Source of the DNA: Mycolicibacterium xanthum
Lineage (GTDB): Bacteria; Actinomycetota; Actinomycetes; Mycobacteriales; Mycobacteriaceae
Direction of reading: 5' to 3'
DNA length: 17,909 nucleotides
Assembly (NCBI RefSeq): GCF_019710635.1
Contig: NZ_JAIFZS010000041.1
Span: 1 to 17,909 of the forward strand
A model generated the notes under the pieces. The model was not told the DNA's origin and ran no database searches. It worked only from the letters and a program-made list of their open reading frames with translations. Shown piece by piece: positions 1 to 9,017 of this stretch. The number at the start of each line of letters is the position of its first letter. The first letter of the stretch is position 1. A program made the position numbers and the translations under genes.

Positions 1-119
1 CGCCACGCGATCCCTTCCAAGATCAACCGGTGATCGCTGAATCTGTTGCCCCGCTTACCTACATCCGAGGGCATAACCGACTCGACGGCCGACCAGAACC
101 CATCAGAAATCACACCCAT
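1..119 (-). mobile_element. IS5-family transposase gene (DUF4096-type N-terminus), 5' end only; continues beyond the left edge of the window
   Basis: Reverse-strand translation from ATG 119..117 reads MGVISDGFWSAVESVMPSDVGKRGNRFSDHRLILEGIAW and is still open at base 1. It fits the N-terminal pattern of IS5/IS427-type transposases (SD-x2-W-x2-V/I-E-x-hydrophobic-x-P ... KRG-x-R-x2-DHR-x2-L-x-GI-x-W). It is missing from the ORF track because it has no stop inside the window. An in-frame stop lies at 147-149. The IS terminus must lie between 120 and 274 and cannot be fixed without the other end. Confidence 0.6.
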
Positions 120-274
120 CCGCGTCACGGTCACAATCGTCGCCGGTCAAGGCGCGAATATTACGGAGACACGCCCTAGTCCGATGGGAAGTGGATCTAC
201 TGGTGTGGCCTTCGTCGATGTAGCCATCGCTGATGCGGGCATGCGCGTTTGAAGGTGGGCTGGTCGCCGGAAGC

Positions 275-1045
275 TCAGAAGGGCGTTGGGATGGATTGGG
301 GCCAAGGCCCGGTTCTCTGCTCGATGTCGCCGGTCATGACACGCTTGGGTAACGTCACTTTCTTCCTCTTCACGGGCTCGTATGGGATCTGGCTGAGCAA
401 GTGGCTGATGATGTTGAGACGCGCCTTCTTCTTGTCGTCGGTGTGGGCCACATGCCACGGCGCCCACACCGTGTCGGTCGCGGCGAACATCGCATCGCGC
501 GCCCGCGAGTAATCGTCCCAACGCGCGTATGACGCCAAGTCCATGTCCGAGAGCTTCCAGATCTTGCGCGGATCCCCGATGCGGCTCTGCAGCCGGCGCG
601 TCTGTTCGTCGGCGCTGACCTCGAGCCAGTACTTGATGAGCCTGATGCCGGACTCCACAACCGCCTGTTCGACCGCGGGTGCGTTCTCGAGGAACCGCTC
701 AGCCTCGTCTTCCGTGCAGAAACCCATGACGCGTTCGACACCGGCGCGGTTGTACCAACTGCGGTCGAAGATCACGACCTCTCCTCCGGCAGGAAGGTGT
801 GGGATGTAACGCTGGACATACATCTGGGTCTTCTCGCGTTCGGTGGGCGCCGGCAGCGCGACGACGCGGAACACCCGTGGACTTACCCGTTCGGTGATCG
901 CCTTGATCGCGCCGCCCTTGCCCGCGGTGTCTCGGCCCTCGAACACGATGCAGACCTTCGCACCTGTGTCTTTGACCCACTCTTGCATCGCCACCAACTC
1001 GCCATGCAGGCGTCGCAACTCGTGCTGGTATTCCTTCTCATTCAT
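275..1045 (-). CDS. polyphosphate kinase 2 (PPK2 family), 256 aa as currently readable
   Basis: Track ORF 275..1045 (-). It carries the PPK2 hallmarks VFEGRDTAGKGGAI (Walker A-like), FDRSWYNRAGVERVMGF and KIWKLSDMD. The start ATG 1045..1043 overlaps the stop of a 41-codon upstream ORF (ATGA). See the tandem-duplication finding: the ancestral start was probably GTG 1167..1165, behind a GAGGAG Shine-Dalgarno. Confidence 0.9.
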   Translation of the reverse strand: MNEKEYQHELRRLHGELVAMQEWVKDTGAKVCIVFEGRDTAGKGGAIKAITERVSPRVFRVVALPAPTEREKTQMYVQRYIPHLPAGGEVVIFDRSWYNRAGVERVMGFCTEDEAERFLENAPAVEQAVVESGIRLIKYWLEVSADEQTRRLQSRIGDPRKIWKLSDMDLASYARWDDYSRARDAMFAATDTVWAPWHVAHTDDKKKARLNIISHLLSQIPYEPVKRKKVTLPKRVMTGDIEQRTGPWPQSIPTPF

Positions 1046-1076
1046 CTTCGGGCGCGCTCATTCATCTTCGGGCGCG
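1037..1076. repeat. perfect 20-bp tandem duplication (ctcattcatcttcgggcgcg x2) at the 5' end of the PPK2 gene
   Basis: Bases 1037-1056 are identical to 1057-1076 (20/20). The flanking bases differ. The unit contains the reverse-strand ATGAATGAG (M-N-E). Confidence 0.95.
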
Positions 1077-1220
1077 TGCGATCGGCACCCGCCAGCGCCG
1101 TGGCGGGCGGTGAGTCTGCCGCACGGCGGCGCTTGTCCTTGGTCTTCGCCTTCTTCTGCTTAGCCACGCCTGTTCAGCTCCTCAATGACGGACGCTACTG
1201 CTGATCTTGCGCTTCCATGG

Positions 1221-3998
1221 TCATCGTTCCGTCAGGATGCGACCGGCGGATGGGGCTACGGCACGTTCGATGTCGAGTGCAGCGGCCCGTGGCTCGCGGC
1301 GCCGACGCGCCCACTTGCCGGTCTCCACGACGAGCGGCAACGCGAGTGCGAGCCCGATGGCAGCCAGCCATTGCGAACCGGTGAGGGCCGTCGTGAGCAG
1401 TCCCTTCTGCAGGCTCGGCAGTTGTGTCGCGAAGAAGATCAGAATGATCGGGACCAGCGACACCGCAAGCGCGGTGAGGATCGGTGGCGCCAGACCGCTG
1501 GCGGGGTCGCGTCGGTTGGTCGCGGCGTTGAAGACCGTACCGAGACCCATCACAACGAATGTCATCGTCAGTGACACGCTGGCGCGGCCGGTGCTGGGCT
1601 GATCGGGGCCAGCGACGAGTGGCACGAAAGCGGCGGCGGCGAGCACCGCGCCGTAGACGATCCACAACATCACCGCCGAGCGGTTCGCGATCGGCCTCTT
1701 CGGGTCACGGGGCGGGCGTCGCATGACGTCGGGATCCCCGGGGTCGAGCGCGATCACGACAACACCCGACGAGGTAACGAACACGAGCAGGTAGAGGACC
1801 ATCAGGGGGGTCAGTGCGACCCCCTCGTTGACGTTGAAGACGGTAGCTGCCAGGAAAAGGATCACCAGCGCCAGCAGTTGTGTCATCTGGTAGCGGACGT
1901 AGCAGACGACCTTCTCGTAGACCCGCCGACCGATCGCGACCGCGTTGACCAGGGTGCCGAAGTTGTCGTCGGTGAGGATCATCCTCCCCGCCTGCTTGGT
2001 GACCTCGCTACCCGAGCCCATCGCAACGCCGATGTCGGCCTGCTTCAATGCCGCCGCGTCGTTGACGGCGTCTCCGGTCATGGCGACGATCAGCCCCTGT
2101 TCCTGCATCACGCGGGTGAGACGGAGTTTGTGTTCGGGAGAGACTCGGCCGAACACGTGCAACTCGGCCAATCGTGTCGAAAGTGCGTGGTCCGACAGTG
2201 CTTGCAGCTCGCTTCCGCTCGTGGCTCCCGGTCCGAGCCCGAGGTCTCCGCCGATCGCCTTGGCGGTCACCACATGGTCGCCGGTGATCATGCGTACATC
2301 GATGCCGGCGCCGAGCGCGGTGCGGACCGCCGCCTTGGCCTCCGCGCGCAGCGGGTCGATGATGCCGACCATCGCGACGAAGTCGAGGTCGTGGGTCAGC
2401 GCCATCGGGTCAGTCGCCATCAGGTCGAGTTCGTCATCGTCGACGAAGCGGAAAGCGAACGCGAGAACGCGCAGGCCGCGCTGCCCCATTCGTTCGTTGG
2501 CGGCCTCGATGTCCGGGTGTGCGTCGGCGATCGGCACGTGAGTGTTGTTCAGGGGTCCCGCGGAACGGGCGCAGCGGGCCAATACGACGTCGGGGGCGCC
2601 CTTCATCAGCTCTATGACACGGTCGCGTCCGTCGAACGTGACCCGGTGGAAGGTGGCCATGAACTTGTAGTCGGCGTCGAACGGCACCTCGGCGAGTCGG
2701 CGATAGGTCCGCCGCGTCTCCTCGGCGTCGATGTTGAGCTTGGCGGCCAGCACGACAAGCGCGGCCTCGGTCGGATCACCGACCACCGAGCCGTCGTCGG
2801 CGACGGTGGCGTCGCTGTCCAAGACCATTCCCAATGCGAGGTCGGTGAAATCCGGCAGCGACATGCCGGCGGCGGACCTGATTGCACCGCTCTTGCGGTA
2901 GCCCTCGCCGTCGACGCTGAACCAGGCACCGTTTGCGTAGATGGCCGACACCATCATCTGGTTCATCGTCAGTGTTCCGGTCTTGTCGGTGTTAATCGCG
3001 CTCGTCGCACCCAGGGTTTCGACGTCGGTGAGGTTCTTGACAATCGCATTGGCGTCGGCGAGCTGCTTTGCGCCCATCGACAGCAGTCCGGAGACGAATG
3101 CCGGCAGACCGGTCGGGATCGCGGAGATCGCCACCGCGGTCCCGAGCAAGAAGAGTTCCTGTGCGTCAGCGCCACGCACGGCACCGATGACGACGATGAC
3201 AGCGACCGCGGTCCAGGCAATGAAGCCGAGGACCTTGGTGAGGGAATCGAGCTCTTTCTGCAACGGCGACCGCGTCCGTGTCACCGCTGTGAGCATCGTC
3301 GCGATCTGACCCATCTGGGTGTGCATACCGGTCGCGGTGATGACCATCGAGGCGGTGCCACGGGTCACCGAGGTGTTCTGGAACAGCATGTTAGTGCGGT
3401 CCCCGAGCGCGACTTCGGCGCCGGGGAGCGCGCCGGGATCCTTACTTACCGGCGCACTTTCGCCGGTCAGCGCTGCCTCCTGGGTTTGCAGCGTCGCCGA
3501 ACGGACGATGCGGCCATCGGCGGGGACGATGTCACCGGCCTCGACCTGCACCACGTCACCCGGCACAATGTCGGCCGCCGGTATCAACGTGAGCACGCCG
3601 TCACGCATGACCTTCGCCTGTGGTACTTGCAGATTCGACAGCGCGGTTACGCTCGCCCTGGCCTTCAACTCTTGACGCGAACCGAGCACGACGTTGAGCA
3701 GGATCAGCACGGCCACGATGACTGCCGTCGGGATCTGGGCGATCGCGAAGCTCACCGCCGATACCGCGACCAACATGATGTTCATCGGATTGGCGAACTG
3801 CCCGGCGGCGATCACCCACACCGACGGTGGCTTCTCGGTGGTGATCTCGTTGGGCCCGTACCGAGTCAGCCGGTTCATGGCTTCCGTGCTGCTGAGTCCC
3901 GAAGCCGTATCGGTCCCCAGAGACTCCGCAACGTCGGTGGCGGCACGCACATACGGTGGCAGCTCCTCACCACCGGCGGTCGGCATCGAGTCGCTCAT
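1221..3998 (-). CDS. cation-transporting P-type ATPase, P2 (Ca2+/Mg2+-type, CtpF/CtpI-like), 925 aa
   Basis: Track ORF with the diagnostic motifs TGES (actuator), DKTGTLT (phosphorylation site), MITGDH and TGDAVNDAAALKQADIGVAMG (hinge), plus about 10 hydrophobic segments. ATG start at 3998..3996. Confidence 0.95.
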   Translation of the reverse strand: MSDSMPTAGGEELPPYVRAATDVAESLGTDTASGLSSTEAMNRLTRYGPNEITTEKPPSVWVIAAGQFANPMNIMLVAVSAVSFAIAQIPTAVIVAVLILLNVVLGSRQELKARASVTALSNLQVPQAKVMRDGVLTLIPAADIVPGDVVQVEAGDIVPADGRIVRSATLQTQEAALTGESAPVSKDPGALPGAEVALGDRTNMLFQNTSVTRGTASMVITATGMHTQMGQIATMLTAVTRTRSPLQKELDSLTKVLGFIAWTAVAVIVVIGAVRGADAQELFLLGTAVAISAIPTGLPAFVSGLLSMGAKQLADANAIVKNLTDVETLGATSAINTDKTGTLTMNQMMVSAIYANGAWFSVDGEGYRKSGAIRSAAGMSLPDFTDLALGMVLDSDATVADDGSVVGDPTEAALVVLAAKLNIDAEETRRTYRRLAEVPFDADYKFMATFHRVTFDGRDRVIELMKGAPDVVLARCARSAGPLNNTHVPIADAHPDIEAANERMGQRGLRVLAFAFRFVDDDELDLMATDPMALTHDLDFVAMVGIIDPLRAEAKAAVRTALGAGIDVRMITGDHVVTAKAIGGDLGLGPGATSGSELQALSDHALSTRLAELHVFGRVSPEHKLRLTRVMQEQGLIVAMTGDAVNDAAALKQADIGVAMGSGSEVTKQAGRMILTDDNFGTLVNAVAIGRRVYEKVVCYVRYQMTQLLALVILFLAATVFNVNEGVALTPLMVLYLLVFVTSSGVVVIALDPGDPDVMRRPPRDPKRPIANRSAVMLWIVYGAVLAAAAFVPLVAGPDQPSTGRASVSLTMTFVVMGLGTVFNAATNRRDPASGLAPPILTALAVSLVPIILIFFATQLPSLQKGLLTTALTGSQWLAAIGLALALPLVVETGKWARRRREPRAAALDIERAVAPSAGRILTER

Positions 3999-4359
3999 CG
4001 CCGATGGATATTACCCGGCGATTGCCGGGGTTGCGGGGGTGAATCGCGACGGTGACAGTGGCAAATCCGTGTCGCCGGCAGCACCGGTTCCATGTTGCCC
4101 CGATGCATCGAGTTGGGCCGTTACCGTCTTGTCGAACGCAACACGTTCAAGGTCGGTCAAGTCGGACTCGGTCAATACCGGTATCTCAGTGGCCGTCAAA
4201 CGTGGAGGACACAGTCGAATATGCGGTTGTTAACGTTTACACCCTGAACCGCCCACGCCAGCTCTCACGTTCCTTCCATACATGTACAAAATCCCGCAAT
4301 CATGCATCGAGCTGTTCGTCCGAATCAGCATCCGACAGACAGACGCCGGGGCCTTGCAT

Positions 4360-5376
4360 TCACGCCGTTTTGGGGGTCGGTTTCCAGGTCACCGCTGTGC
4401 CCGCCATCTGGAACTCGATCGGATCAGCGGGCCGGAACCTTCCCGAGATCTCGCCGGCAGCGTCAAGATCTGAGGCCAGGTCGAACATCTGAACCGGGGC
4501 GCCTTCTTGCAGATCCAGCTTTTCCAGATCGACCCATACGACGTTGGGCATATTCGTCAATTCGAAGTAGTACCGCCGGTGCGTGAGATCGCAGATCGTC
4601 CGCCACTGTGTCGGCGAGACGTTCGGCTTGACGGGATCCACGAAGCCGATCGGCGTGGCCATGTTCCGGATCACGCTGAGCACACCGGCGACGGCCTCTT
4701 GATACGACGCCGGATTCTGCGGCAGCTGGGTCAGGTAGTAGGCGCCCCGAACGAAACGATCTTCGGCTTCGGCGGTTCCCGGCAAGGGTTTCTTACCGCC
4801 CAGCCCCTCGTACTGCTTGAGCAGAATCAACTGCTCGTCGTAGGTCGGCGAATTCGTTACCACCGTGAACTGCGGCCCGTGATGGATCACGGGCTGGCCA
4901 TCGAGGATTTCGATGACGGCCGAATCACCGGTCGCGTCAGCCAGCGAGAGATGCATCGGCGCATCCGCCAGCTTGCCAAGGTGGATCATCTCGAACGAAC
5001 GCACCTGCAAGGACTTGGTCGCCTCGACCGCCTCGGCGACCGTCGCACAATTGTCCAGATAGTACTGAGCCCACAGCGAAACCGAGAGCCCGAGTCGTGC
5101 GGGATCGCGATCGCCGTACCGTGTTTCCGCCAGGTAGAGCATGCTCGCGGTCAGGCCCGCTGCGTTCATGCCATCAGGGACCGCGCAGTCCCAGACCGCC
5201 GCCACGACGCTGCCGTACTTCGAGGTCCACGTGATCGGATTGGTCTCGACCAGCCCCTCCCGCTCGACGCCGGCCGGAATCGCGTAGAGCTTGGTTCCCA
5301 TCCGCTCGGTCCAATCCATGTTCCGTCCGACAAGAACGGGCTGTCCTTCCACCTGCCACATCACTCGCGAGCACAT
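4360..5376 (-). CDS. choloylglycine hydrolase family protein (linear amide C-N hydrolase, Ntn-hydrolase; penicillin V acylase/bile salt hydrolase-like), 338 aa
   Basis: The N-terminus MCSRV...VGRNMDW is typical of the family (Cys2 nucleophile exposed after Met removal, GRNMDW motif). GAAGGGAGA Shine-Dalgarno lies about 8 nt upstream of ATG 5376. It starts 38 nt downstream of the M20 gene on the same strand, so probably the same operon. Confidence 0.85.
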   Translation of the reverse strand: MCSRVMWQVEGQPVLVGRNMDWTERMGTKLYAIPAGVEREGLVETNPITWTSKYGSVVAAVWDCAVPDGMNAAGLTASMLYLAETRYGDRDPARLGLSVSLWAQYYLDNCATVAEAVEATKSLQVRSFEMIHLGKLADAPMHLSLADATGDSAVIEILDGQPVIHHGPQFTVVTNSPTYDEQLILLKQYEGLGGKKPLPGTAEAEDRFVRGAYYLTQLPQNPASYQEAVAGVLSVIRNMATPIGFVDPVKPNVSPTQWRTICDLTHRRYYFELTNMPNVVWVDLEKLDLQEGAPVQMFDLASDLDAAGEISGRFRPADPIEFQMAGTAVTWKPTPKTA

Positions 5377-5414
5377 GGCCTATCTCCCTTCGGGTGTCTT
5401 GGATCGGTCATTCG

Positions 5415-6857
5415 CTAAACAGGTTCTTCAATCCCGAAATGTTCCAACGCGCCGTGGATGCAGCATTCGTAGTGACTTCTCTCATCCGGCAGCATCTGTC
5501 CTCCCGGCGGCTTCGGCAGTTCGTTGAGGCTTTTGTAGGGCTGGCCCTTCGTCTGTTTCTTGAAGTCTTGCCAGGCGGCCTTGATCAATGCCGGCTGGGT
5601 GAGGAGATCCAGCCCGGTGGCTGCCATCGTCTTGGCTGCCTGGATGGTCGCCTTGTGCCCGATGCTCATGCCGTGACACGCGGTGCAACCCCACTGATGC
5701 GGCGAGATGCCCTGCGGCCACGCTGCGTGGACGACTCCCATGGTCGGCACGTTCCAGCTGACGTCGCCGACATCGGACGAGCCGCCGACCTCCACCTTGG
5801 ATGTTGGCATTCCCGCCATCGCAGTGGCCATCCCCGTCTCGGGCAGGTCCATCTCCTTCTGGATCGCTTTGGCGTAGACCTGCTCGTCGTCGGTCCACTC
5901 GATCGGGAAGTACCGTTGCATGTGGCCGTACATGTTCTCGGCGAGCGGGTCATTGCCCACCACATCCAATGTTCCGGTGATCAAGGTGACCGTTTCCGTG
6001 GTCTGCGTTGACAACGCCGCGCCCTTGGCCATATCGATCAGCCAGTTCTTGTACTCCGTCACGTTCTCCGCACTCGGCCCCCGGTAACGGATGAGCACCT
6101 TGGCGTAGTCGGGAATGACGTTGACCGCCGTGCCCCCTTCCAGAATCTGATAGTGCAGCCGCGCGGTTGGCAGCATCTGCTCACGCATCATGTTGGCGGC
6201 GACGAGAAAGATCTCGACGGCATGCAGGGCGCTGCGGCCTTGCCAGGGAGCCTGGCCGGCGTGGGCAGTCACCCCGTTCCACTCGACGATCAAATCGACC
6301 ATGGCCGTGGAGTGAAAATTCCATACCGTGTTCAACGGTCCGGGATGATTGTGCAGGCAGGCGTCGAGTCCCTGGAAGGCCCCAGCCTGGGCCATGTAGT
6401 TCTTGCCGGTCATCTTTTCTTCGGCCGGACAGCCGAAGACCTTCATGGTGCCGGGAATCTCTTCCTTGTCCATGTGTGTCCTCAGCGCAATCGCGGCGCC
6501 GATCGACGTGGAGCAGATCAGGTTGTGCCCGCAGCCGTGGCCGTTGGTGTTGCCGCTCGGCGCCGGTGTCTTGGTGGGCTTGGTGTCGTTGCCGAGCCCG
6601 GGCAGAGCGTCGTATTCGACCAAGATGCCGATCGTGGGTGATCCGCTACCCCAGGTTGCGATCCACGAAGTGTCGAGTCCGCCGATGCCTCGATCGCCGA
6701 TCGCGAAGCCGTGTTTTTCCAACATCGCGGAGGCGTAGGCCGAGCTCTTCGTTTCTCCGAAACCCAATTCGGCGAACTCCCAGACATGCTGCGCGAGATC
6801 CCAGATCTCGTCGGCCACTGCGTCCACTTCGTTGCCGAGTTTTGAATAGTCAGACAT
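5415..6857 (-). CDS. M20 family amidohydrolase, p-aminobenzoyl-glutamate hydrolase subunit B (AbgB)-like, 480 aa
   Basis: Length and sequence are typical of AbgB-like M20 peptidases: HGCGHNL metal-binding motif, FGCPAEE, GVTAHAG, and a C-terminal region with GSSDVGDVSW. ATG start 6857..6855. Confidence 0.85.
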   Translation of the reverse strand: MSDYSKLGNEVDAVADEIWDLAQHVWEFAELGFGETKSSAYASAMLEKHGFAIGDRGIGGLDTSWIATWGSGSPTIGILVEYDALPGLGNDTKPTKTPAPSGNTNGHGCGHNLICSTSIGAAIALRTHMDKEEIPGTMKVFGCPAEEKMTGKNYMAQAGAFQGLDACLHNHPGPLNTVWNFHSTAMVDLIVEWNGVTAHAGQAPWQGRSALHAVEIFLVAANMMREQMLPTARLHYQILEGGTAVNVIPDYAKVLIRYRGPSAENVTEYKNWLIDMAKGAALSTQTTETVTLITGTLDVVGNDPLAENMYGHMQRYFPIEWTDDEQVYAKAIQKEMDLPETGMATAMAGMPTSKVEVGGSSDVGDVSWNVPTMGVVHAAWPQGISPHQWGCTACHGMSIGHKATIQAAKTMAATGLDLLTQPALIKAAWQDFKKQTKGQPYKSLNELPKPPGGQMLPDERSHYECCIHGALEHFGIEEPV

Positions 6858-7205
6858 GGGACCGCCACTTTCTTCAAGAATGATCAGGCCCGGAGGCCTC
6901 GATCAACGCATGTTCGCCTCGCTGCTGAATTGGCATGGCTCCGCCGGTGTGAACTCGGCTGACACCGGCGCCAAGAACGTTGGAACCGAGTGCCTCGAGT
7001 CTCTCGTCCCCGCTCCCTTGTCCAGGTTCAGCATGTCCAGGTCGATCCAGAAGATCACGGGCCGCAGCGTTGCCGAATGCTAACGCCCGAATTCGTGATC
7101 ACTCACCGTCCGCCAGAGCGTGGCGGAGGTGTTGGTTGCGCCGACGAGGTCTGCATTCGACGGAGCTTCGGTGCATCATCTCGCGTGAACCTGCCTCTTC
7201 AGATA

Positions 7206-7226
7206 GCAGTGTCCGCTTGACACTGC
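7206..7226. promoter_or_regulatory. inverted repeat GCAGTGTC-cgctt-GACACTGC (8-bp perfect arms) in the divergent intergenic region; candidate operator or hairpin
   Basis: The arms 7206-7213 and 7219-7226 are exact reverse complements. It contains TTGACA (7217-7222), but I found no TAnnnT -10 hexamer at 16-19 nt spacing. About 130 nt upstream of the amidohydrolase start. Confidence 0.2.
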
Positions 7227-7355
7227 CAAACGTCACGATGTCCTGATCGGCGTCCACCGAAGTCCATGAGAATCACGTGCGAAGGCCGCAAGTAAGACAC
7301 GATCGAGCAAGAGCGCGACATGTCAGCGCCGAGAATTTCTGAAGGAGACCACGAC

Positions 7356-9017
7356 ATGAGCACCGGGGCCGTGACCGTTTATCTTGCCCGCAAGGTCCGC
7401 ACGATGGATCCCGGACGCCCGGAGGCGGAGGCCGTGGCCGTCCTGGATGGACGCGTCCTGTGCACTGGGACCCGGGAGTCGATGCAGCCGTGGCTGTCGG
7501 CTCATGAGGTCGTCGTTGACGACACTTTGAAGGACAAGGTCATCCTGCCCGGGTTCATCGAACCGCATACGCATTTCTGGATGTCGGCCGGGTTCGTGTC
7601 GATGGAATTCATCGGGCCGCTCCCGTGGCCGGCGCCCGGCGGCATGAACAAGCCTTTGTCGACGTTCGACGAGGTCATCGCCCATCTGCGCAAACTCCAT
7701 GAGCAGGAAAAGGATTTGACGAAACCGATCATCGCCTGGGGATACGACGAGGCGCAGCAGGGCGGCACCCTCAACCGTGACACGCTCGACCAGATTACTT
7801 CGGAACGCCCGATCTGGATCCTGTCGTGGGCGCCGCATTTCTACTACTTGAACAGCGCCGCGCTCGAGCGTGCGAACATTCCGGATGACCTGGACAGTCC
7901 CAACGTCCACCGCGATCCCGGCGGCCGGCTCACCGGCGTCTTCACCGAGCCGGCGGGCTTTGCGCTGAGTTGCGCTCCCGTTATTGATGAGATCACCCGG
8001 CTCTGCAGCGTCGAAGGTCTGAAGTTCATGGCCGCAATCGCCAATCGGGCAGGGGTGACCACGGTTTCGGACATGATGTTCGGTGTCATCAACGTCGACG
8101 CTGAATTGCAGGATCACCAGGAAGCGACTGCCGATCCCTCGTTCCCGGTCCGGATGCGCCTGGTGCCACATGCGGCGTCGTTCGCCAAGGCCCACGGTGA
8201 CAAAGCGGTCGACGTCATCGAGGACCTGCGCACACAGGAAACCGACAAACTCTATTTCCGTGGCGTCAAGTTCCAGACCGACGGCTCGTTTCCGTTGATG
8301 GGTTCGCGGGTGAACTTCCCAGGTTATCTCGACGGCACGAATGGCCAGACCGCCGACACCGACATCGTCAACGGCATGCTGCCGTATTGGAAGACCGGTA
8401 TCCAGATCCACTGCCATGCCAACGGAGACAAGGCGATTGACGACACGCTGGATGCGCTGGCGCAGCTCCAGGCAACCCATCCGCGGTTCGACCACCGATT
8501 CGCGATCGAGCACTACTCAATCAGCAACCCGATGCAGGCGCGCCGCCTGAAGGCTCTCGGCGGGGTGGCCAGCGTGAACAACTACTTCTGCCACTTCCGC
8601 GCCCTGCTGCACCGCACCCATGCCTACGGACCAGACCGCTCCGACACCGTGGCGCGGCTGGGCACCCTGCAGCGTGAAGGGGTCATCTTCGCGCTGCACT
8701 CCGACTACCCGCTGGTGGTCGTGCCGATGCATCCGCTCACCGCGGTCTACACCGCAGCGACCCGGATCGCCGAAGACGGTGAAACCGTGGTGGCCCCGGA
8801 CGAGTGCATCGGGGTCGAGCGCGCGGTTCGCGCAGTGACCATCGACGCCGCCTACATCCTCGGAATGGAGGACCAGATCGGCAGCCTGGAACAGGGCAAG
8901 TTCGCCGACTTCACCATCCTCGACCAGGACCCCTTCGAGGTCGATCCCACACACATCAAAGACATCCCGATCTGGGGCACCGCCTTGTCGGGCACGCTGT
9001 TCAAGGCCAAACAGTGA
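7356..9017 (+). CDS. amidohydrolase family protein (Amidohydrolase-3 / YtcJ-like metal-dependent TIM-barrel hydrolase), 553 aa
   Basis: Frame of track ORF 7320..9017. I prefer ATG 7356 because GAAGGAG (7341-7347) lies 8 nt upstream. Metal-ligand motifs: PGFIEPHTHF (HxH), HCHANGD, IEHYS, LHSDYP. Confidence 0.85.
   Translation: MSTGAVTVYLARKVRTMDPGRPEAEAVAVLDGRVLCTGTRESMQPWLSAHEVVVDDTLKDKVILPGFIEPHTHFWMSAGFVSMEFIGPLPWPAPGGMNKPLSTFDEVIAHLRKLHEQEKDLTKPIIAWGYDEAQQGGTLNRDTLDQITSERPIWILSWAPHFYYLNSAALERANIPDDLDSPNVHRDPGGRLTGVFTEPAGFALSCAPVIDEITRLCSVEGLKFMAAIANRAGVTTVSDMMFGVINVDAELQDHQEATADPSFPVRMRLVPHAASFAKAHGDKAVDVIEDLRTQETDKLYFRGVKFQTDGSFPLMGSRVNFPGYLDGTNGQTADTDIVNGMLPYWKTGIQIHCHANGDKAIDDTLDALAQLQATHPRFDHRFAIEHYSISNPMQARRLKALGGVASVNNYFCHFRALLHRTHAYGPDRSDTVARLGTLQREGVIFALHSDYPLVVVPMHPLTAVYTAATRIAEDGETVVAPDECIGVERAVRAVTIDAAYILGMEDQIGSLEQGKFADFTILDQDPFEVDPTHIKDIPIWGTALSGTLFKAKQ

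Noticed and set aside
46-252. 68-aa + ORF (TTG start), and the 124-aa reverse ORF 147..521
   Set aside because: The first is antisense to the transposase 5' region and its leader. The second overlaps the PPK2 3' end out of frame. Neither has a motif or a convincing start signal.
1878-4055. 725-aa + strand ORF, the second-longest ORF in the track
   Set aside because: It is antisense to the P-type ATPase, whose reverse-strand translation carries DKTGTLT, TGES and GDAVNDAAAL. The + product is an Arg/Gly/Asp/His-rich low-complexity string, typical of shadow ORFs in high-GC DNA.
4011-4199. 62-aa reverse ORF ending 12 nt upstream of the ATPase start, Pro-rich at its C-terminus. I considered it as a leader peptide analogous to those of Mg2+-ATPase genes.
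   Set aside because: It has a TTG start with no Shine-Dalgarno (the upstream sequence is CCTCC, the wrong sense). GC3 is only about 65% by hand count, and I know of no homolog. It remains an untested possibility rather than a supported feature.
4507-5418. 303-aa + ORF
   Set aside because: Shadow of the choloylglycine-hydrolase-family gene, which has the MC...GRNMDW signature on the opposite strand.
7217-7222. TTGACA as a -35 promoter element
   Set aside because: There is no TAnnnT-like -10 hexamer at 16-19 nt spacing downstream. I kept it only as part of the inverted repeat.
7320-7355. Upstream ATG 7320 as the start of the amidohydrolase-3 gene (track coordinates)
   Set aside because: The GAAGGAG Shine-Dalgarno lies inside this extension, 8 nt before ATG 7356. 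The shorter start is more likely, though this is not proven.
6858-7355. I looked for a cobalamin riboswitch (B12 box, GCCACTG core) or an AT-rich Zur-type palindrome upstream of the COG0523-containing operons. I also checked 12033-12186 and 14491-14818.
   Set aside because: I could not recognise either element by eye. A covariance-model or PWM scan would be needed to exclude them.
7323-8513. 396-aa reverse ORF
   Set aside because: Shadow of the amidohydrolase-3 gene. It has no recognisable motifs and an Arg/Gly/Val/Asp-rich composition.
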